Positions 30,001 to 45,000 of a DNA stretch of 64,000 nt are shown here, piece by piece. Below the pieces are notes generated by a model. That model made no database searches. It was given only the letters and a program-made list of their open reading frames with translations, and was not told the DNA's origin. A program made the position numbers and the translations under genes. The stretch lies in the NCBI GenBank assembly GCA_051362555.1, contig CM120643.1:11382644-11446643 (forward strand), written 5' to 3'. Origin of the DNA: Lingula anatina. Its lineage: Eukaryota > Animalia > Brachiopoda. Position 1 is the stretch's first letter. Each line of letters opens with the position of its first letter.

Positions 30001-33000
30001 AAATTTTTTTTCTTCATTATAGTGTCAGGTAGGTGTGTTCGGTCATTTGTAGTAAGAATAAAGTGCTGGAAGAGTGGTGGTGTCAACATTAAGGAAGAAA
30101 TAGAGCAAAAACTCTGTCTCCCCCCCCCTCTCAGATTCTGTTCTCAGAGCTTATTTTTGGATCATCTTTAAAGCTAGAATTGAGGGCCTTGATGAAGTGA
30201 CCCGGGCGCGTTTCCACATTTTTTATGAATGACAGGTGTGGTAGATTGATTTTCGTCACTTTTTGGAGAAATCGGAGACGGGTCGATTTTTGGTGATTTT
30301 GAGTGATTTTGAACAGTGCCGGCACTGTGAGATTTCTTCAATTTTGGCCAGGTAGGGATGAAAATTTTTTTTCTTCATTATAGTGTCAGGTAGGTGTGTT
30401 CGGTCATTTGTAGTAAGAATAAAGTGCTGGAAGAGTGGTGGTGTAAAAATTAAGGAAGACATAGAGTAAAAACTCTGTCTCCCCCCCCCTCTCAGATTCT
30501 GTTCTCAGAGCTTATTTTTGGATCATCTTTAAAGCTAGAATTGGGGGCCTTGATGAAGTGACCCGGGCGCGTTTCCACATATTTTATGAATGACAGGTGT
30601 GGTAGATTGATTTTCGTCACTTTTTGGAAAAATCGGAGACGGGTCGATTTTTGGTGATTTTGAGTGATTTTGAACAGTGCCAGCACTGTGAGATTTCTTC
30701 AGTTTTGGCCAGGTAGGGATGAAAATTTTTTTTCTTCATTATAGTGTCAGGTAGGTGTGTTCGGTCATTTGTAGTAAGAATAAAGTGCTGGAAGAGTGGT
30801 GGTGTCAACATTAAGGAAGAAATAGAGCAAAAACTCTGTCTCCCCCCCCCTCTCAGATTCTGTTCTCAGAGCTTATTTTTGGATCATCTTTAAAGCTAGA
30901 ATTGGGGGCCTTGATGAAGTGACCCGGGCGCGTTTCCACATTTTTTATGAATGACAGGTGTGGTAGATTGATTTTCGTCACTTTTTGGAAAAATCGGAGA
31001 CGGGTCGATTTTTGGTGATTTTGAGTGATTTTGAACAGTGCCGGCACTGTGAGATTTCTTCAATTTTGGCCAGGTAGGGATGAAAATTTTTTTTCTTCAT
31101 TATAGTGTCAGGTAGGTGTGTTCGGTCATTTGTAGTAAGAATAAAGTGCTGGAACAGTGGTGGTGTCAACATTAAGGAAGAAATAGAGCAAAAACTCTGT
31201 CTCCCCCCCCCCCTCTCAGATTCTGTTCTCAGAGCTTATTTTTGGATCAACTTTAAAGCTAGAATTGGGGGCATTGATGAAGTGACCCGGGCGCGTTTCC
31301 ACATTTTTTATGAATGACAGGTGTGGTAGATTGATTTTCGTCACTTTTTGGAAAAATCGGAGACGGGTCGTTTTTTGTTGATTTTGAGTGATTTTGAACA
31401 GTGCCAGCACTGTGAGATTTCTTCAATTTTGGCCAGGTAGGGATGAAAATTATTTTCTTCATTATAGTGTCAGGTAGGTGTGTTCGGTCATTTGTAGTAA
31501 GAATAAAGTGCTGGAAGAGTGGTGGTGTCAACATTAAGGAAGAAATAGAGCAAAAACTCTGTCTCCCCCCCTCTCAGATTCTGTTCTCAGAGCTTATTTT
31601 TGGATCATCTTTAAAGCTAGAATTGAGGGCCTTGATGAAGTGACCCGGGCGCGTTTCCACATTTTTTATGAATGACAGGTGTGGTAGATTGATTTTCGTC
31701 ACTTTTTGGAGAAATCGGAGACGGGTCGATTTTTGGTGATTTTGAGTGATTTTGAACAGTGCCAGCACTGTGAGATTTCTTCAGTTTTGGCCAGGTAGGG
31801 ATGAAAATTATTTTCTTCATTATAGTGTCAGGTAGGTGTGTTCGGTCATTTGTAGTAAGAATAAAGTGCTGGAAGAGTGGTGGTGTCAACATTAAGGAAG
31901 AAATAGAGCAAAAACTCTGTCTCCCCCCCTCTCAGATTCTGTTCTCAGAGCTTATTTTTGGATCATCTTTAAAGCTAGAATTGAGGGCCTTGATGAAGTG
32001 ACCCGGGCGCGTTTCCACATTTTTTATGAATGACAGGTGTGGTAGATTGATTTTCGTCACTTTTTGGAAAAATCAAAAACCGGAGACGGGTCGATTTTTG
32101 GTGATTTTGAGTGATTTTGAACAGTGCCGGCACTGTGAGATTTCTTCAATTTTGGCCAGGTAGGGATGAAAATTTTTTTTCTTCATTATAGTGTCAGGTA
32201 GGTGTGTTCGGTCATTTGTAGTAGTAATAAAGTGCTGGAATAGTGGTGGTGTCAACATTAAGGAAGAAATAGAGCAAAAACTCTGTCTCCCCCCCCCCCC
32301 CCCCTCTCAGATTCTGTTCTCAGAGCTTATTTTTGGATCATCTTTAAAGCTAGAATTGGGGGCCTTGATGAAGTAACCCGGGCGCATTTCCACATTTTTT
32401 ATGAATGACAGGTGTGGTAGATTGATTTTCGTCACTTTTTGGAAAAATCGGAGACGGGTCGCTTTTTGGTGATTTTGAGTGATTTTGAACAGTGCCGGCA
32501 CTGTGAGATTTCTTCAATTTTGGCAGGGTAAGGGATGAAAAATTTTTTTCTTCAATATTGTGTCAGGTAGGTGTGTTTGGTCATTTGTAGTGAGGGTAAA
32601 GTGCTGGAAGAGTGATTGTGTCATTATTTAGGATGAAATAGAGCAAAAACTCTCTCCACTCCCCCCCCCCTCTCTCCAAATCCTGTTCTCAGGTGTGCTT
32701 TCTGGCAATCTTTAAAGCTGAAATTGGGGGCTTTAATGAAGTGACCCGGGCGCGTTTCCACATATTTTATGAATGTCAGGTGTGGTAAATTAATTTTCAT
32801 CACTTTTTGGAAAAATTGGTGACGGGTCATTTTTGGGTGATTTTGAGAGATTTTTGTAAGGTCCGGATATGGCAGTTTTCTTCAATTTTGGCCATGTAGG
32901 GATGAAAATTTTTTTCTTCAATATTGTGTCAGGTAGGTGTGTTTGGTCATTTGTAGTGAGGGTAAAGTGCTGGAAGAGTGATTGTGTCATTATTTAGGAA

Positions 33001-36000
33001 GAAATAGAGCAAAAACTCTCTCCACCCCCCCTCTCTCTAAATCCTGTTCTCAGGTGTGCTTTCTGGCAATCTTTAAAGCTGAAATTGGGGGCTTTAATGA
33101 AGTGACCCGGGCGCGTTTCCACATTTTTTATGAATGTCAGGTGTGGTAAATTAATTTTCATCACTTTTTGGAAAAATTGGTGACGGGTCATTTTTGGGTG
33201 ATTTTGAGAGATTTTTGTAAGGTCCGGATATGGCAGTTTTTTTCAATTTTGGCCATGTAGGGATGAAAAATTTTTTTCTTCAATATTGTGTCAGGTAGGT
33301 GTGTTTGGTCATTTGTAGTGAGGGTAAAGTGCTGGAAGAGTGATTGTGTCATTATTTATGAAGAAATAGAGCAAAAACTCTCTCCACCCCCCCTCTCTCC
33401 AAATCCTGTTCTCAGGTGTGCTTTCTGGCAATCTTTAAAGCTGAAATTGGGGGCTTTAATGAAGTGACCCGGGCGCGTTTCCACATTTTTTATGAATGTC
33501 AGGTGTGGTAAATTAATTTTCATCACTTTTTGGAAAAATTGGTGACGGGTCATTTTTGGGTGATTTTGAGAGATTTTCGTAAGGTCCGGATATGGCAGTT
33601 TTCTTCAATTTTGGCCATGTAGGGATGAAAAATATTTTTTTCTTCAATATTGTGTCAGGTAGGTGTGTTTGGTCATTTGTAGTGAGGGTAAAGTGCTGGA
33701 AGAGTGATTGTGTCATTATTTAGGAAGAAATAGAGCAAAAACTCTCTCCACCCCCCCCTCTCTCCAAATCCTGTTCTCAGGTGTGCTTTCTGGCAATCTT
33801 CAAAGCTGAAATTGGGGGCTTTAATGAAGTGACCCGGGCGCGTTTCCACATTTTTTATGAATGTCAGGTGTGGTAAATTAATTTTCATCACTTTTTGGAA
33901 AAATTGGTGACGGGTCATTTTTGGGTGATTTTGAGAGATTTTCGTAAGGTCCGGATATGGCAGTTTTCTTCAATTTTGGCCATGTAGGGATGAAAAATAT
34001 TTTTTTCTTCAATATTGTGTCAGGTAGGTGTGTTTGGTCATTTGTAGTGAGGGTAAAGTGCTGGAAGAGTGATTGTGTCATTATTTAGGAAGAAATAGAG
34101 CAAAAACTCTCTCCACCCCCCCCTCTCTCCAAATCCTGTTCTCAGGTGTGCTTTCTGGCAATCTTTAAAGCTGAAATTGGGGGCTTTAATGAAGTGACCC
34201 GGGCGCGTTTCCACATATTTTATGAATGTCAGGTGTGGTAAATTAATTTTCATCACTTTTTGGAAAAATCGGAGACGGGTCGCTTTTTGGTGATTTTGAG
34301 TGATTTTGAACAGTGCCGGCACTGTGAGATTTCTTCAATTTTGGCAGGGTAAGGGATGAAAAATTTTTTTCTTCAATATTGTGTCAGGTAGGTGTGTTTG
34401 GTCATTTGTAGTGAGGGTAAAGTGCTGGAAGAGTGATTGTGTCATTATTTAGGATGAAATAGAGCAAAAACTCTCTCCACTCCCCCCCCCCTCTCTCCAA
34501 ATCCTGTTCTCAGGTGTGCTTTCTGGCAATCTTTAAAGCTGAAATTGGGGGCTTTAATGAAGTGACCCGGGCGCGTTTCCACATATTTTATGAATGTCAG
34601 GTGTGGTAAATTAATTTTCATCACTTTTTGGAAAAATTGGTGACGGGTCATTTTTGGGTGATTTTGAGAGATTTTTGTAAGGTCCGGATATGGCAGTTTT
34701 CTTCAATTTTGGCCATGTAGGGATGAAAATTTTTTTCTTCAATATTGTGTCAGGTAGGTGTGTTTGGTCATTTGTAGTGAGGGTAAAGTGCTGGAAGAGT
34801 GATTGTGTCATTATTTAGGAAGAAATAGAGCAAAAACTCTCTCCACCCCCCCTCTCTCTAAATCCTGTTCTCAGGTGTGCTTTCTGGCAATCTTTAAAGC
34901 TGAAATTGGGGGCTTTAATGAAGTGACCCGGGCGCGTTTCCACATTTTTTATGAATGTCAGGTGTGGTAAATTAATTTTCATCACTTTTTGGAAAAATTG
35001 GTGACGGGTCATTTTTGGGTGATTTTGAGAGATTTTTGTAAGGTCCGGATATGGCAGTTTTTTTCAATTTTGGCCATGTAGGGATGAAAAATTTTTTTCT
35101 TCAATATTGTGTCAGGTAGGTGTGTTTGGTCATTTGTAGTGAGGGTAAAGTGCTGGAAGAGTGATTGTGTCATTATTTATGAAGAAATAGAGCAAAAACT
35201 CTCTCCACCCCCCCTCTCTCCAAATCCTGTTCTCAGGTGTGCTTTCTGGCAATCTTTAAAGCTGAAATTGGGGGCTTTAATGAAGTGACCCGGGCGCGTT
35301 TCCACATTTTTTATGAATGTCAGGTGTGGTAAATTAATTTTCATCACTTTTTGGAAAAATTGGTGACGGGTCATTTTTGGGTGATTTTGAGAGATTTTCG
35401 TAAGGTCCGGATATGGCAGTTTTCTTCAATTTTGGCCATGTAGGGATGAAAAATATTTTTTTCTTCAATATTGTGTCAGGTAGGTGTGTTTGGTCATTTG
35501 TAGTGAGGGTAAAGTGCTGGAAGAGTGATTGTGTCATTATTTAGGAAGAAATAGAGCAAAAACTCTCTCCACCCCCCCCTCTCTCCAAATCCTGTTCTCA
35601 GGTGTGCTTTCTGGCAATCTTTAAAGCTGAAATTGGGGGCTTTAATGAAGTGACCCGGGCGCGTTTCCACATTTTTTATGAATGTCAGGTGTGGTAAATT
35701 AATTTTCATCACTTTTTGGAAAAATTGGTGACGGGTCATTTTTGGGTGATTTTGAGAGATTTTCGTAAGGTCCGGATATGGCAGTTTTCTTCAATTTTGG
35801 CCATGTAGGGATGAAAAATATTTTTTTCTTCAATATTGTGTCAGGTAGGTGTGTTTGGTCATTTGTAGTGAGGGTAAAGTGCTGGAAGAGTGATTGTGTC
35901 ATTATTTAGGAAGAAATAGAGCAAAAACTCTCTCCACCCCCCCCTCTCTCCAAATCCTGTTCTCAGGTGTGCTTTCTGGCAATCTTTAAAGCTGAAATTG

Positions 36001-39000
36001 GGGGCTTTAATGAAGTGACCCGGGCGCGTTTCCACATTTTTTATGAATGTCAGGTGTGGTAAATTAATTTTCATCACTTTTTGGAAAAATTGGTGACGGG
36101 TCATTTTTGGGTGATTTTGAGAGATTTTCGTAAGGTCCGGATATGGCAGTTTTCTTCAATTTTGGCCATGTAGGGATGAAAAATATTTTTTTCTTCAATA
36201 TTGTGTCAGGTAGGTGTGTTTGGTCATTTGTAGTGAGGGTAAGGTGCTGGAAGAGTGATTGTGTCATTATTTAGGAAGAAATAGAGCAAAAACTCTCTCC
36301 ACCCCCCTCTCTCCAAATCCTTTTCTCAGGTGTGCTTTCTGGCAATCTTTAAAGCTGAAATTGGGGGCTTTAATGAAGTGACCCGGGCGCGTTTCCACAT
36401 ATTTTATGAATGACAGGTGTGGTAGATTGATTTTCGTCACTTTTTGGAAAAATCGGAGACGGGTCGATTTTTGGTGATTTTGAGTGATTTTGAACAGTGC
36501 CGGCACTGTGAGATTTCTTCAATTTTGGCAGGGTAAGGGATGAAAAATTTTTTTCTTCAATATTGTGTCAGGTAGGTGTGTTTGGTCATTTGTAGTGAGG
36601 GTAAAGTGCTGGAAGAGTGATTGTGTCATTATTTAGGAAGAAATAGAGCAAAAACTCTCTCCACTCCCCCCCCCCTCTCTCCAAATCCTGTTCTCAGGTG
36701 TGCTTTCTGGCAATCTTTAAAGCTGAAATTGGGGGCTTTAATGAAGTGACCCGGGCGCGTTTCCACATATTTTATGAATGTCAGGTGTGGTAAATTAATT
36801 TTCATCACTTTTTGGAAAAATTGGTGACGGGTCATTTTTGGGTGATTTTGAGAGATTTTTGTAAGGTCCGGATATGGCAGTTTTCTTCAATTTTGGCCAT
36901 GTAGGGATGAAAATTTTTTTCTTCAATATTGTGTCAGGTAGGTGTGTTTGGTCATTTGTAGTGAGGGTAAAGTGCTGGAAGAGTGATTGTGTCATTATTT
37001 AGGAAGAAATAGAGCAAAAACTCTCTCCACCCCCCCTCTCTCTAAATCCTGTTCTCAGGTGTGCTTTCTGGCAATCTTTAAAGCTGAAATTGGGGGCTTT
37101 AATGAAGTGACCCGGGCGCGTTTCCACATTTTTTATGAATGTCAGGTGTGGTAAATTAATTTTCATCACTTTTTGGAAAAATTGGTGACGGGTCATTTTT
37201 GGGTGATTTTGAGAGATTTTCGTAAGGTCCGGATATGGCAGTTTTCTTCAATTTTGGCCATGTAGGGATGAAAAATATTTTTTTCTTCAATATTGTGTCA
37301 GGTAGGTGTGTTTGGTCATTTGTAGTGAGGGTAAAGTGCTGGAAGAGTGATTGTGTCATTATTTAGGAAGAAATAGAGCAAAAACTCTCTCCACCCCCCC
37401 CTCTCTCCAAATCCTGTTCTCAGGTGTGCTTTCTGGCAATCTTTAAAGCTGAAATTGGGGGCTTTAATGAAGTGACCCGGGCGCGTTTCCACATTTTTTA
37501 TGAATGTCAGGTGTGGTAAATTAATTTTCATCACTTTTTGGAAAAATTGGTGACGGGTCATTTTTGGGTGATTTTGAGAGATTTTCGTAAGGTCCGGATA
37601 TGGCAGTTTTCTTCAATTTTGGCCATGTAGGGATGAAAAATATTTTTTTCTTCAATATTGTGTCAGGTAGGTGTGTTTGGTCATTTGTAGTGAGGGTAAG
37701 GTGCTGGAAGAGTGATTGTGTCATTATTTAGGAAGAAATAGAGCAAAAACTCTCTCCACCCCCCCTCTCTCCAAATCCTGTTCTCAGGTGTGCTTTCTGG
37801 CAATCTTTAAAGCTGAAATTGGGGGCTTTAATGAAGTGACCCGGGCGCGTTTCCACATATTTTATGAATGACAGGTGTGGTAGATTGATTTTCGTCACTT
37901 TTTGGAAAAATCGGAGACGGGTCGATTTTTGGTGATTTTGAGTGATTTTGAACAGTGCCGGCACTGTGAGATTTCTTCAATTTTGGCCAGGTAGGGATGA
38001 AAATTATTTTCTTCATTATAGTGTCAGGTAGGTGTGTTCGGTCATTTGTAGTAAGAATAAAGTGCTGGAAGAGTGGTGGTGTCAACATTAAGGAAGAAAT
38101 AGAGCAAAAACTCTGTCTCCCCCCCCTCTCAGATTCTGTTCTCAGAGCTTATTTTTGGATCATCTTTAAAGCTAGAATTGAGGGCCTTGATGAAGTGACC
38201 CGGGCGCCTTTCCACATTTTTTATGAATGACAGGTGTGGTAGATTGATTTTCGTCACTTTTTGGAGAAATCGGAGACGGGTCGATTTTTGGTGATTTTGA
38301 GTGATTTTGAACAGTGCTGGCACTGTGAGATTTCTTCAATTTTGGCCAGGTAGGGATGAAAATTTTTTTTCTTCAATATAGTGTCAGGTAGGTGGGTTCG
38401 GTCATTTGTAGTAAGAATAAAGTGCTGGAAGAGTGGTGGTGTCAACATTAAGAAAGAAATAGAGCAAAAATTCTGTCTCCCCCCCCCCTCTCAGATTCTG
38501 TTCTCAGAGCTTATTTTTGGATCATCTTTAAAGCTAGAATTGGGGGCCTTGATGAAGTGACCCGGGCGCATTTCCACATTTTTTATGAATGACAGGTGTG
38601 GTAGATTGATTTTCGTCACTTTTTGGAAAAATCAAAAATCGGAGACGGGTCGATTTTTGGTGATTTTGAGTGATTTTGAACAGTGCCGGCACTGTGAGAT
38701 TTCTTCAATTTTGGCCAGGTAGGGATGAAAATTTTTTTTCTTCATTATAGTGTCAGGTAGGTGTGTTCGGTCATTTGTAGTAGGAATAAAGTGCTGGAAT
38801 AGTGGTGGTGTCAACATTAAGGAAGAAATAGAGCAAAAACTCTGTCTCCCCCCCCCCCCCCTCTCAGATTCTGTTCTCAGAGCTTATTTTTGGATCATCT
38901 TTAAAGCTAGAATTGGGGGCCTTGATGAAGTGACCCGGGCGCGTTTCCACATTTTTTATGAATGACAGGTGTGGTAGATTGATTTTCGTCACTTTTTGGA

Positions 39001-42000
39001 AAAATCGGAGACGGGTCGATTTTTGGTGATTTTGAGTGATTTTGAACAGTGCCGGCACTGTGAGATTTCTTCAATTTTGGCCAGGTAGGGATGAAAATTA
39101 TTTTCTTCATTATAGTGTCAGGTAGGTGTGTTCGGTCATTTGTAGTAAGAATAAAGTGCTGGAAGAGTGGTGGTGACAACATTAAGGAAGAAATAGAGCA
39201 AAAACTCTGTCTCCCCCCCCTCTCAGATTCTGTTCTCAGAGCTTATTTTTGGATCATCTTTAAAGCTAGAATTGAGGGCCTTGATGAAGTGACCCGGGCG
39301 CGTTTCCACATTTTTTATGAATGACAGGTGTGGTAGATTGATTTTCGTCACTTTTTGGAAAAATCAAAAATCGGAGACGGGTCGATTTTTGGTGATTTTG
39401 AGTGATTTTGAACAGTGCCGGCACTGTGAGATTTCTTCAATTTTGGCCAGGTAGGGATGAAAATTTTTTTTCTTCATTATAGTGTCAGGTAGGTGTGTTC
39501 GGTCATTTGTAGTAGGAATAAAGTGCTGGAATAGTGGTGGTGTCAACATTAAGGAAGAAATAGAGCAAAAACTCTGTCTCCCCCCCCCCTCTCAGATTCT
39601 GGTCTCAGAGCTTATTTTTGGATCATCTTTAAAGCTAGAATTGGGGGCCTTGATGAAGTGACCCTGGCGCATTTCCACATTTTTTATGAATGACAGGTGT
39701 GGTAGATTGATTTTCGTCACTTTTTGGAAAAATCGGAGACGGGTCGATTTTTGGTGATTTTGAGTGATTTTGAACAGTGCCGTCACTGTGAGATTTCTTC
39801 AATTTTGGCCAGGTAGGGATGAAAAATTTTTTTCTTCATTATAGTGTCAGGTAGGTGTGTTCGGTCATTTGTAGTAAGAATAAAGTGCTGGAAGAGTGGT
39901 GGTGTCAACATTAAGGAAGAAATAGAGCAAAAACTCTGTCTCCCCCCCCCCCCCCCCCCCTCTCAGATTCTGTTCTCAGAGCTTATTTTTGGATCATCTT
40001 TAAAGCTAGAATTGGGGGCCTTGATGAAGTGACCCGGGCGCGTTTCCACATTTTTTATGAATGACAGGTGTGGTAGATTGATTTTCGTCACTTTTTGGAA
40101 AAATCGGAGACGGGTCGATTTTTGGTGATTTTGAGTGATTTTGAACAGTGCTGGCACTGTGAGATTTCTTCAATTTTGGCCAGGTAGGGATGAAAATTTT
40201 TTTTCTTCATTATAGTGTCAGGTAGGTGTGTTCGGTCATTTGTAGTAAGAATAAAGTGCTGGAAGAGTGGTGGTGTCAACATTAAGGAAGAAATAGAGCA
40301 AAAACTCTGTCTCCCCCCCCCCCCCCCCTCAGATTCTGTTCTCAGAGCTTATTTTTGGATCATCTTTAAAGCTAGAATTGGGGGCCTTGATGAAGTGACC
40401 CGGGCGCGTTTCCACATTTTTTATGAATGACAGGTGTGGTAGATTGATTTTCGTCACTTTTTGGAAAAATCGGAGACGGGTCGATTTTTGGTGATTTTGA
40501 GTGATTTTGAACAGTGCCGGCACTGTGAGATTTCTTCAATTTTGGCCAGGTAGGGATGAAAATTTTTTTTCTTCATTATAGTGTCAGGTAGGTGTGTTCG
40601 GTCATTTGTAGTAAGAATAAAGTGCTGGAAGAGTGGTGGTGTCAACATTAAGGAAGAAATAGAGCAAAAACTCTGTCTCCCCCCCCCCTCTCAGATTCTG
40701 TTCTCAGAGCTTATTTTTGGATCATCTTTAAAACTAGAATTGAGGGCCTTGATGAAGTGACCCGGGCGCGTTTCCACATTTTTTATGAATGACAGGTGTG
40801 GTTGATTGATTTTCGTCACTTTTTGGAGAAATCGGAGACGGGTCGATTTTTGGTGATTTTGAGTGATTTTGAACAGCACTGTGAGATTTCTTCAATTTTG
40901 GCCAGGTAGGGATGAAAATTTTTTTTCTTCATTATAGTGTCAGGTAGGTGGGTTCGGTCATTTGTAGTAAGAATAAAGTGCTGGAAGAGTGGTGGTGTCA
41001 ACATTAAGAAAGAAATAGAGCAAAAATTCTGTCTCCCCCCCCCCTCTCAGATTCTGTTCTCAGAGCTTATTTTTGGATCATCTTTAAAGCTAGAATTGGG
41101 GACCTTGATGAAGTGACCCGGGCGCATTTCCACATTTTTTATGAATGACAGGTGTGGTAGATTGATTTTCGTCACTTTTTGGAAAAATCAAAAATCGGAG
41201 ACGGGTCGATTTTTGGTGATTTTGAGTGATTTTGAACAGTGCCGGCACTGTGAGATTTCTTCAATTTTGGCCAGGTAGGGATGAAAATTTTTTTTCTTCA
41301 TTATAGTGTCAGGTAGGTGTGTTCGGTCATTTGTAGTAGGAATAAAGTGCTGGAATAGTGGTGGTGTCAACATTAAGGAAGAAATAGAGCAAAAACTCTG
41401 TCTCCCCCCCCCCTCTCAGATTCTGTTCTCAGAGCTTATTATTGGATCATCTTTAAAGCTAGAATTGGGGGCCTTGATGAAGTGACCCGGGCGCATTTCC
41501 ACATTTTTTATGAATGACATGTGTGGTAGATTGATTTTCGTCACTTTTTGGAAAAATCGGAGACGGGTCGATTTTTGGTGATTTTGAGTGATTTTGAACA
41601 GTGCCGGCACTGTGAGATTTCTTCAATTTTGGCCAGGTGGGGATGAAAAATTTTTTTCTTCATTATAGTGTCAGGTAGGTGTGTTCGGTCATTTGTAGTA
41701 AGAATAAAGTGCTGGAAGAGTGGTGGTGTCAACATTAAGGAAGAAATAGAGCAAAAACTCTGTCTCCCCCCCCCCCCCCCCCCCCCCCCCTCTCAGATTC
41801 TGTTCTCAGAGCTTATTTTTGGATCATCTTTAAAGCTAGAATTTGGGGCCTTGATGAAGTGACCCGGGCGCGTTTCCACATTTTTTATGAATGACAGGTG
41901 TGGTAGATTGATTTTCGTCACTTTTTGGAAAAATCGGAGACGGGTCGATTTTTGGTGATTTTGAGTGATTTTGAACAGTGCCGGCACTGTGAGATTTCTT

Positions 42001-45000
42001 CAATTTTGGCCAGGTAGGGATGAAAATTATTTTCTTCATTATAGTGTCAGGTAGGTGTGTTCTGTCATTTGTAGTAAGAATAAAGTGCTGGAAGAGTGGT
42101 GGTGTCAACATTAAGGAAGAAATAGAGCAAAAACTCTGTCACCCCCCCCTCTCAGATTCTGTTCTCAGAGCTTATTTTTGGATCATCTTTAAAGCTAGAA
42201 TTGAGGGCCTTGATGAAGTGACCCGGGCGCGTTTCCACATTTTTTATGAATGACAGGTGTGGTAGATTGATTTTCGTCACTTTTTGGAAAAATCAAAAAT
42301 CGGAGACGGGTCGATTTTTGGTGATTTTGAGTGATTTTGAACAGTGCCGGCACTGTGAGATTTCTTCAATTTTGGCCAGGTAGGGATGAAAATTTTTTTT
42401 CTTCATTATAGTGTCAGGTAGGTGTGTTCGGTCATTTGTAGTAGGAATAAAGTGCTGGAATAGTGGTGGTGTCAACATTAAGGAAGAAATAGAGCAAAAA
42501 CTCTGTCTCCCCCCCCCCTCTCAGATTCTGTTCTCAGAGCTTATTTTTGGATCATCTTTAAAGCTAGAATTGGGGGCCTTGATGAAGTGACCCGGGTGCA
42601 TTTCCACATTTTTTATGAATGACAGGTGTGGTAGATTGATTTTCGTCACTTTTTGGAAAAATCGGAGACGGGTCGATTTTTGGTGATTTTGAGTGATTTT
42701 GAACAGTGCCGGCACTGTGAGATTTCTTCAATTTTGGCCAGGTAGGGATGAAAAATTTTTTTCTTCATTATAGTGTTTGGTAGGTGTGTTCGGTCATTTG
42801 TAGTAAGAATAAAGTGCTGGAAGAGTGGTGGTGTCAACATTAAGGAAGAAATAGAGCAAAAACTCTGTCTCCCCCCCCCCCTCTCAGATTCTGTTCTCAG
42901 AGCTTATTTTTGGATCATCTTTAAAGCTAGAATTGGGGGCCTTGATGAAGTGACCCGGGCGCGTTTCCACATTTTTTATGAATGACAGGTGTGGTAGATT
43001 GATTTTCGTCACTTTTTGGAAAAATCGGAGACGGGTCGATTTTTGGTGATTTTGAGTGATTTTGAACAGTGCCGGCACTGTGAGATTTCTTCAATTTTGG
43101 CCAGGTAGGGATGAAAAATTTTTTTCTTCATTATAGTGTCAGGTAGGAATGTTCGGTCATTTGTAGTAAGAATAAAGTGCTGGAATAGTGGTGGTGTCAA
43201 CATTAAGGAAGAAATAGAGCAAAAACTCTGTCTCCCCCCCCCCCCTCTCAGATTCTGTTCTCAGAGCTTATTTTTGGATCATCTTTAAAGCTAGAATTGG
43301 GGGCCTTGATGAAGTGACCCGGGCGCGTTTCCACATTTTTGAACAGTGCCGGCACTGTGAGATTTTTTCAATTTTGGCCAGGTAGGGATGAAAATTTTTT
43401 TTCTTCATTATAGTGTCAGGTAGGTGTGTTCGGTCATTTGTAGTAAGAATAAAGTGCTGGAAGAGTGGTGGTGTCAACATTAAGGAAGAAATAGAGCAAA
43501 AACTCTGTCTCCCCCCCCCTCTCAGATTCTGTTCTCAGAGCTTATTTTTGGATCATCTTTAAAGCTAGAATTGGGGGCCTTGATGAAGTGACCCGGGTGC
43601 GTTTCCACATTTTTTATGAATGACAGGTGTGGTAGATTGATTTTCGTCACTTTTTGGAAAAATCGGAGACGGGTCGATTTTTGGTGATTTTGAGTGATTT
43701 TGAACAGTGCCGGCACTGTGAGATTTCTTCAATTTTGCCCAGGTAGGGATGAAATTTTTTTTCTTCATTATAGTGTCAGGTAGATGTGTTCGGTCATTTG
43801 TAGTAAGAATAAAGTGCTGGAAGAGTGGTGGTGTCAACATTAAGGAAGAAATAGAGCAAAAACTCTGTCTCCCCCCCCCCCCTCTCAGATTCTGTTCTCA
43901 GAGCTTATTTTTGGATCATCTTTAAAGCTATAATTGGGGGCCTTGATGAAGTGACCCGGGCGCGTTTCCACATTTTTTATGAATGACAGGTGTGGTAGAT
44001 TGATTTTCGTCACTTTTTGGAAAAATTGGAGACGGGTCGATTTTTGGTGATTTTGAGTGATTTTGAACAGTGCCGGCACTGTGAGATTTCTTCAATTTTG
44101 GCCAGGTAGGGATGAAAATTTTTTTTCTTCATTATAGTGTCAGGTAGGTGTGTTCGGTCATTTGTAGTAAGAATAAAGTGCTGGAAGAGTGGTGGTGTCA
44201 ACATTAAGGAAGAAATAGAGCAAAAACTCTGTCTCCCCCCCCCCCCCCTCTCAGATTCTGTTCTCAGAGCTTATTTTTGGATCATCTTTAAAGCTAGAAT
44301 TGGGGGCATTGATGAAGTGACCCGGGCGCGTTTCCACATTTTTTATGAATGACAGGTGTGGTAGATTGATTTTCGTCACTTTTTGGAAAAATCGGAGACG
44401 GGTCGATTTTTGGTGATTTTGAGTGATTTTGAACAGTGCCGGCACTGTGAGATTTCTTCAATTTTGGCCAGGTAGGGATGAAAATTTTTTTTCTTCATTA
44501 TAGTGTCAGGTAGGTGTGTTCGGTCATTTGTAGTAAGAATGAAGTGCAGGAAGAGTGGTGGTGTCAACATTAAGGAAGAAATAGAGCAAAAACTCTGTCT
44601 CTCCCCCCCCTCTCAGATTCTGTTCTCAGAGCTTATTTTTGGATCATCTTTAAAGCTATAATTGGGGGCCTTGATGAAGTGACCCGGGCGCGTTTCCACA
44701 TTTTTTATGAATGACAGGTGTGGTAGATTGATTTTCGTCACTTTTTGGAAAAATCGGAGACGGGTCGATTTTGGTGATTTTGAGTGATTTTGAACAGTGC
44801 CGGCACTGTGAGATTTCTTCAATTTTGGCCAGGTAGGGATGAAAATTTTTTTTCTTCATTATAGTGTCAGGTAGGTGTGTTCAGTCATTTGTAGTAAGAA
44901 TAAAGTGCTGGAAGAGTGGTGGTGTCAACATTAAGGAAGAAATAGAGCAAAAACTCTGTCTCCCCCCCCCCTCTCAGATTCTGTTCTCAGAGCTTATTTT

